Source of the DNA: Bigelowiella natans CCMP2755
Taxonomy: Eukaryota > Protista > Cercozoa
NCBI GenBank assembly: GCA_000320545.1
Contig: ADNK01000694.1
Span: 33,765-97,764 of the forward strand
DNA length: 64,000 nt
Reading direction: 5' to 3'
The notes under the pieces are model-generated. The model saw nothing but the letters and a program-made list of their open reading frames with translations, was not told the DNA's origin and ran no database searches. Positions 56,850-64,000 of this stretch are shown here, in pieces (position 1 is the stretch's first letter; the number at the start of each line of letters is the position of its first letter). The position numbers were made by a program, and so were the translations under genes.

Positions 56850-59660
56850 CGGAGAATAGGGAAATTTTCCTGTCAAAACGTTGTCGCTCAGTATGAAATG
56901 TCACCCAAACTTAAAGATGTCATCCGTTGGGTGATTCTCCCCATGTTTGGTGAAGAGACATGCAAATGACACGCTTTGGCTGAGCAAGGGTGAGACCAGA
57001 TCGGCGGCCACGAGGATCAAGTTCAGTCATTCACTCTTGCAACGTTCATTGAAATGCAGTTTGTCATCATGTTTTGTTCATTGTTCACACTGTTGAGTGC
57101 AATGCGGCAATCAGCGCACATTCAGTGATGCAGAGTTCGTGCAACCTCACGTGCAACCACTCACCTTCTTTTTTTTCCTTCTTCGCTTCTTCTTCGTTCA
57201 CTTGTTCAGGTGCAGAAGTGGCGGCGGCGGACGACGTGCCAGTCGAGGAACGTCAAGTCTTCTTGCTTGACTCTCGCTGAAAAGGCGCTGGAGTGAAAAC
57301 ATGCACCTCGTGTTTCGGTTTCTTCGTGGTGAGATCACAGCTCACGTGTTCACTGACACGATGAACACAGAGTTGGGCACCCCTCAGGAGGGCATGAAAC
57401 AGGTGGAAAACGACTTGCAAGCAGCTCCATTTGACGTGACCAAGTTCAAGTTCAGGGCGTGTGAGGTGAAAGACAGATCAGCAGCAGGAGGATTCACTTG
57501 GGCCACTCCGAAAATGGCGAAGACACTGCAGATTTCAGAGGAATGGGACTTCGAACATCTGCACAAAGTCAATCCTGGGAGAGGCGAGCCATTGCAAAAA
57601 TCGGCAAGAAGCTGGGTCAAAATGCATCGCAGACTGATGGTTTGGCCAGGAGACGGGCCAGAACTGACTTGTGAAGAAGTGTGGAAGGAGCATTCGGATT
57701 TCATGGAGGCGCTCATGCTGGCATGGAAGAAGGGTGAGAACAACGAACAACATGCGTGCACGTGTGCAGTGTGAGTGTGCGTGTGTGTGCAATTCGTGAC
57801 AATCATCACATTGAAAATTTTCATTTGTGTGTGCTTGTTGGAAGTGGAGAACCAGGTGTGGATGACGTGGAGATGAAGGGTCTTCCTGGCACGATTGTGA
57901 CTCCTCACGCTCACACTTGGGTCAATCACATGGGGGAGCAATGTGGAAGAAGTGCTGCTCATTCCAACCATTTTTTGGAGAATCCTGGACCAATTGAATC
58001 AAACGTGGATTCTGATGACTCATCTGATGAGGTTCAGGAGCTGACAGCTTGCTCAGGCGGGCTGAAATTTGCTGGGACAGACGCACTTGAACGGAAAAAT
58101 TTGGCGTTTTTTCACAGTCATTTTCAGACATTGGCAGGCGAAGTGATCATGTCACACCAGACGCCAGGTTCCAAGAGCTCAGGAATCTCATCAATCCACA
58201 CAAAAGTGGCAGCTCCAGCAGACACAAACATTGGTGCGAGTGGTGCGGCAAAGGACACGTTGGAAAAAAAATTTTGCGCAGCGCACACATGGAACACGCA
58301 TCAGCTCGAATGTGCCCAAGCACCGCAGACAGCATTGCAATTGTCACGCATGATGCACTTCAATTGCATTTTGGCAACGTCACATGTGACACCTGATGGC
58401 TTCAATGTCAATGCATTGCAATGATTTTTCCATGCATGTCCCATGCGCTTGCTGCTGGTGCAGGCTCATTTTGACGTGCGTCGACGTGTCCTTCTTTGTT
58501 GGCTGAGCAACACGGCACGCAGACTGACAGGATTTCATTGTTTCCACCTGACTTCAGGGGTTCGCGCATGTGTTTGTTGTGGTTGATGCTGATTGACAGC
58601 ACGCGTTGAACTTGCATCCGAACACATGCTTGCAATGGACACAGCAACGTGCACTGTGCACATTCGTGCATTGCATCACACGTCCATCACGTGCAAGTTG
58701 GGGGCAGGCAAGCCAGCGCATCGTAACACAGCTGGCGACGTGCGCTGGACGCGTGCTGATCGCATCGACGGCATGCTGGCATGTGACGTCTGCTCAGTCC
58801 AGAACAATGACGCCGACCGAGCAACAATGTGCAATGAGCGTGCTGCGTGTGCTGCACAGTGTGAGGCTGCTTGCCCAGATCAGCACAAAGTTGGGCGGGA
58901 AAAAATGAATGTCGAGATTCTGGATGCCGCGATGAATTGTTGATGAATCTGCACGTGCGCTTGGCTGCAATGCTAGAATGGCACGCGCTCCAAGTCTGCA
59001 TCGCACAGGGAGCCCTGTCAATGGCACTCGAAACGTCATCAGTTCGAACAACGAGCTTGAGGTGGAAAGTCGAGACGGACTAGCTAGCTAGCCCCCGGCT
59101 AGCCGGCCTGTCTCGACTCACTTTTTCAGTCGTGCGTCATCTCAATGTTGCGATGACGCAGCGAGTAGTGTTGTGGACCTTCGATGCAAGCTCACATTTC
59201 ATTGTCTAGTTGTGTCAACACGCATGCAAGCAATGCAACTCCGCCACAATGCACAGCATGCACATGGCTTCTGGAACAATTCCTGGCTTTCGTGCAATTT
59301 TGTTTTTTGTTTCCCAAAAATTGTCATCATCTACATGCTGATGCTTGGCAACTAGCTAGCCGATAGCCGTGAGCGCACGTGTGATCGTTGATCGACATTG
59401 GAATCGAAGAGTGCCAAAACACATGCAAGCAATGACATGGGAGGCATTTCAATTTGTGTTCATTTCACATGATGCAGCGCGTGCACATGCAGCATGTACA
59501 CGCATGCACGCATGCACATGACACGTGTGATTGATTTGCATGGCATGCATGGCTAGCTATAGCTGTGCGAGCTAGCGAGCATGCACGCATCGCCCTGCCT
59601 ACATTAGATTAAAACATCAACCACACAATGCTACATCGGTGCATGTAAATGCGTTGCAGC
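56850..59660. pseudogene. TpA-free hypermutated element or pseudogene of unknown identity (plus-strand coding remnants with intron-like segments)
   Basis: No TA dinucleotide between 56914 and 58723 (manual scan). ORFs 57301-57774 and 57756-58424 contain no Tyr. Polypyrimidine+CAG at ~57160-57209; in-frame TGA stops. Confidence 0.6.
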
Positions 59661-59881
59661 GGTTTGCAGAATTTTTCCAAAGCGAATAGTAGGTGCTACA
59701 GAGTTACTTGGCAATAGTTACGTCATCTGCATGAGGAATATTTTGCATCATCATGCGCATGATAGCCACCCTTATGATCATGGAGATATTCTTGGCGTGA
59801 GGACGGAATTGAAGGCAATGTTAAGATGATATGATTGGCAATGCGATCTATTTATTGCTGATACATAATACTTGAAGCTCT

Positions 59882-60748
59882 TTACTTTTTAGCCTTAAGT
59901 TCCTTCACCTTCTTCGCGATGATTTTGTTTTTCTTAGCCTTCAGTGTTTTAACAACGAAGCGATCGAAATCTGTAAGCTCTTTTCTCTTATTTTGGTTTG
60001 CAATCTTCTGTCCCCAAGTAGTTTTAGCAAACTGTTCATCAATGCCAGCTTCCGTCCAAGCTTTGTAGAGCAAGCTGGATCGGAGGCTGAGGAAGGGCAG
60101 AAAAAATATTGTATGAAGTAGGAAGTTGTGTATCGTGCGGTGTAGCGAGGCAATATAATTAGAGTATAGTGTGGCAGCAATTGAATGCACACGCACGCCA
60201 TAATAAAACAGATTCATCAGATTCTTTTGTTTTTATCAATGAAGCCAGACTCACCGCTTCATGATGGGAAGCTTGATATCCGTGAATGCAAGGCGACGAA
60301 AGTTGATAAGCTTACGTTCAACTGATGGCCCGTCAATTAGGCACTGCGTAGGACGAGAGTGGATTAATGTTTTGAAATTAAAGGAAGATTTTAAATGGGG
60401 TCGTATCAGTGTTCACTTAATCACAAGGGTTAATATCAAATCCCCTGTAATGTAAAGTTTCAAATTTCGTCCCTGTCAATGAGGATTGCAATTGTCTATC
60501 ATCTTCTTATAGCATCTTCATCGTATTTATATAGTATGGAAGCTATACCGTCATCGAGTCGCACATGTCTACTATAACGCCAATCTTTCCATTATCCTTG
60601 CCGTAGTTTATGCAGACAATGCGACCAATTTCTGCGAAAGACCGGCGAGAGGGCTGATAGCAATTATATACCAGATCATGAACTATTTCACCAAGCAACA
60701 TACAAATCGTGGGTAATTCCAAATGCGAAAAGGGGGTGCACCAACCAT
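59882..60748 (-). CDS. RPL14: 60S ribosomal protein L14 (eL14), 4 exons
   Basis: M|PSRRSFAEIGRIVCINYGKDNGKIGVIVDMCDSMT|CLIDGPSVERKLINFRRLAFTDIKLPIMKR|LRSSLLYKAWTEAGIDEQFAKTTWGQKIANQNKRKELTDFDRF...KK*; GT-AG introns. Confidence 0.95.
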
Positions 60749-61224
60749 TGTTCTCAGTTTGTGAGACGCCGTCGGAGATTTCTGATCGAATTAAAAATGC
60801 GCTCCGGCGAATTTCGAAAATGCCGAGAAGGACGTATACGAACCGAGATTAAGACAACAATGAATGGATGTCGGATAATATAGACATACTATATTTGCCA
60901 ATTCCGCTTAAAATTAGACAGAAAAGCGGGCATATATTGTTACATGTAAGTGAGATTTGTTGTCTTATAGTAAGTAAATGGTCAAGCTGCAAGTACTTTG
61001 GGAGCTATTTATATTTTGTATCTGCGACAATGTATTAGAAAATGAAATCTCGAAAAGTGCCAGTAGATCTACAGAGTATCGCATGTTTTCAAACGGAACT
61101 TGCTTCATTATTCATTAACGGAGGTGTGTTGATCATCTTCAACTCCTAATTGATGCAGTAGATCTAGATCTAAGTGCACGGAAATCAAGAAGCAATTTAG
61201 CCACAGTTTACTGCTTAAAAGAAA

Positions 61225-62130
61225 ATGGACTGGGCGTTCCTCCTTCAGCTGTTTAACAGCACCGTTGCACTTGTCATTGGCACAGAAGTCTTCTTCTCTG
61301 CCAGACCGTTGAAAGCAAAAGTGTTTGATAAGGGGAAATTGTTCATCATTTGGGCAACACCAAACCTTATCCTCACAACTTTTTCGTATATATTGCCTCG
61401 TTTTACCCAAGTATCACCTTTCAAATGGATCATTACCAACTCGTATATTCTCCGAACATTCGTGGCTTCATTGTCAGGGCTCTATGTGCTAGTTGCTTTA
61501 TTCGTTTTTATCACATCCCGGATTAACGGGTGGAGATCGCTATTAGTAGGATTTAACCGGAAGAAAATAAGAATAATCGTTGGTGCTGGAACGGGCACAT
61601 TCCTAGTTGTTTTTTTGGTAATGTACATTTCGGGATGGCATGATTTATTGGAAGACAAAACCAGCTGGACGAAAGACGTACTTGTGGTAATAACATATGG
61701 ATTAGTGTGCTGGTTTGATGTTAAGAGAAGGCGCAAAGGGCTGAAAGTAGGAGAATTCTTGCTTCATTTTTTGAACGCATCGATTGAGAGTGCAATCTTG
61801 ATGCCCTTCGTCGCTGTCGTCTTCGCAACAGCGTTCGTAGTTGCAATAATACTGTCGCAGGTAATGTGCTCTTATGATGTGAAAACTCTTTCCTACTTTC
61901 ACGAAAACACTTTTTGCTTTAACATACATCACCTTTGACACAACCATCATCACATAAAACTGTTTGTTATTCAGACACTGAATGTACCAACCATATGGCT
62001 GAATATCCCAATTTACTTGGGGGTTCTTTATGGGCCTTGGGCTATGGTCTATATTATAGTAAAGAGAAGATGCCTCCTTTTGGAGACGAATAAACCTAAT
62101 TTGAGCAACATTTCGGAACTACCTGGGTAA
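61225..62130 (+). CDS. Multi-pass membrane protein of unknown function, 2 exons
   Basis: Exon 61225-61860, intron GTAATG...TTCAG (61861-61974), exon TLNVPTIWLNIPIYLGVLYGPWAMVYIIVKRR...ELPG* ending at 62130; several hydrophobic helices. Confidence 0.75.
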
Positions 62131-62254
62131 GATTCAAGAACTCAGTATCCTGCGTTCGATTTTCTGATTCTCATGTTTGCTGAAAAAAGACACAATGATT
62201 TGATGCCGGAATTTAACGATTATGGTATCAATCGTTCGCACGTGCTATCACATG

Positions 62255-62385
62255 TGAGATGGATGTAATGAAGTGATTAAATCTTTTCAATGATCATCCT
62301 AATGTAGCTATGCAAAGCAGCGGCTACAGCGCTTAGGTTGCATCTTATTAGTCTCGTCTAACATGTGTTCAATGCATTTAGCAAG
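62255..62385 (-). mobile_element. Fourth 3'-end fragment of the LINE family (less mutated copy)
   Basis: TGAGATGGATGTAATGAAGTGATTAAATCTTTTCAATGATCATCCTAATGTAGCTATGCAAAGCAGCGGCTACAGCGCT aligns with the copies at 22575 and 22775. Confidence 0.85.
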
Positions 62386-62880
62386 CACATCGCGTGTACA
62401 TGTACAATGGTAGCTTCGTGCATGCATGTCTAGATGATTGTCGACTATTTCGTGCCGCGGCGCGCGTCACAACTTGTTCAAAGCGCGCGCACCGCCGTTT
62501 GAGCATGCGCATGTGTGTAGCGCGTACCACTACGCGGGCACAAGTCACGTGCGACAACAAAGGGGTTGTCGCGGATATAGAATATAGATAACGTAGATAT
62601 TAATACAGCATAGGCACGTGGGTTCCGGCGGGACTCATGGCAGCACACCGGAAGTGTGCTGCCCCACGTGCGGCGGCATTCGCGAAAGCTTCGCGAATGA
62701 TTACGCAGTGCACGATTTAATAAAAATATAATCTTTAATAAAAATAAACACAACTCTTCAAAAGGAAGCAAACGTGCCTTTCCCCCCCCCTGCCTACTTG
62801 TGCACGTAGCGCCTCGGCCTGTGAACACCTTACGCGCAACAACCTTTGGCTTCCACACACGGGAAACGATTTGACTAACA

Positions 62881-63924
62881 ATGTCACAGCAGCTAGAAGA
62901 ACAGCAGGACTTTGGCTCGCAGGCCGTGCAAGGGCACGAGCAGAAACAGGAAAGGAAGGGCGATACGGACGCTAAGGAAGGAGGAGGAACACCTCCACAG
63001 GCACCGCCGGGACCAGCACCCGGGATTAAGAAAGCAGATGCAGCAGCAGAGGCACTGGAGAACTTCTACGAGGCGGACGACGAGGACGTGGCCGCCGAAA
63101 GCAAGAAGGTCGTAATGGCATTACGAGCCTTGCGACCCAGGGCGAGCAACTACGCCAAACTGAAAGTATCGATAGAATACAAGTATCAGACACATGATGT
63201 TTGGGCAGCTATCATGCAGGACATCATGGATTACGAAGCAGACTTACCTCCAGAGTGGGCAGCTTTGTTTAGGAACGACGGGGGTCTGGGCGCCTCGCGG
63301 GGGACGACCCAGAGCACCGTCAAGCAGCAGCAGCCGGTACAGCGGAACACCCAGTTCATGTCTGTTAAAACAGCACCGGTTATGATAACGAAATACAACG
63401 GGAAAAGAGGTGAGGCAAGGAGGTGGTGGAAGAACGCTAGGAGTATACTCTGCGACTTTACCCCTAACCCCACCGAAAACGACAAGCTCAAATGGCTAGC
63501 TATAATAAAGCAAGCCATGGACCTTTACGAGACAGGCAGGACCCGGATCAGGCAGCTAGAGAAAATACACACTACAGTTAGTGGGCTACGAGACGTTGAG
63601 GCGATAATGAAGGCTTTTGTAAATGAACAGGATGCTAACTCCCTACCCCAGGCTATTAGAAAATACAGAGCAATGATGCAGCATGAGAGAGAACCTGTTA
63701 GAGACTTTGCCACGCGCTTCCAGGATATGATCGACGAACTACATGATTTTAATTACAACACAGGTGATGATCAGGCAAGGTTTGAAGAGTTCAAGTTAAA
63801 GATAAAGGAATCCACTTACGTTACGGAGAAAGGCTACACCACGATGGAGGCAGCAGTGCAGGCTATATCCCTACGCGAGCAGGAGCAGGACCGCAAGTTT
63901 ACCAGCCCTAGGTACCTGGCATAG
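62881..63924 (+). mobile_element. Retrotransposon Gag-like ORF (LTR or related class); the element continues past the window
   Basis: Intronless 347-aa ORF with KYNGKRGEARRWW and MHR-like YRAMMQHEREPVRDFATRFQDMIDEL; a possible frameshifted zinc-knuckle start (C-x-YCSR) at ~63982. Confidence 0.7.
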
Positions 63925-64000
63925 GAAACATCACGCTATAGCGCAGCGAGACTGGTACAGGACAGGGAAGGTAACCGACGTTGCGATACTGCTCACGTAA

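Noticed and set aside
56914-58723. CpG-methylation decay or classical RIP as the cause of the TG/CA excess
   Set aside because: CpG remains plentiful and TA is lost rather than gained; the LINE copy comparison polarises the change as TA>TG/CA.
56778-59366. Dense overlapping ORFs in all six frames (also 22796-24315 and 4766-5068)
   Set aside because: TA loss removes TAA and TAG stops on both strands and inflates ORF length; this is not evidence of overlapping genes.
1-64000. tRNA, rRNA or telomeric repeats
   Set aside because: None recognised by eye; tRNAscan-SE or Infernal would be needed to exclude small RNAs.

Overview
Eukaryotic, protist-like nuclear DNA. I cannot assign the organism from the sequence. 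About 11 intron-containing genes were reconstructed by hand: an unknown gene, an EF-hand protein with a possible Cu/Zn-SOD-like tail, a divergent AAA+ ATPase, a calpain-15/SOL-like protease with two RanBP2 zinc fingers, a CxHGR-repeat zinc-finger protein, an MscS channel, an MFS transporter, an LRR protein, a PI3/PI4-kinase-like protein, RPL14 and a membrane protein. Most have many short introns packed with microsatellites, which explains most of the ORF track. Mobile elements are a 5'-truncated LINE with three extra 3'-end fragments, and a Gag-like ORF at the right edge. The most striking signal is that intergenic repeat relics have lost almost all TpA dinucleotides. By my manual count there are 0 in 56914-58723 and 2 in 22861-24115. 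Comparison of LINE copies and of conserved RT motifs (YxDD>HCDD, YLG>CLG) points to TA>TG/CA transitions, with CTAG relatively spared. This looks like a repeat-targeted A:T>G:C hypermutation system, the mirror image of fungal RIP. Exon boundaries are manual and approximate.
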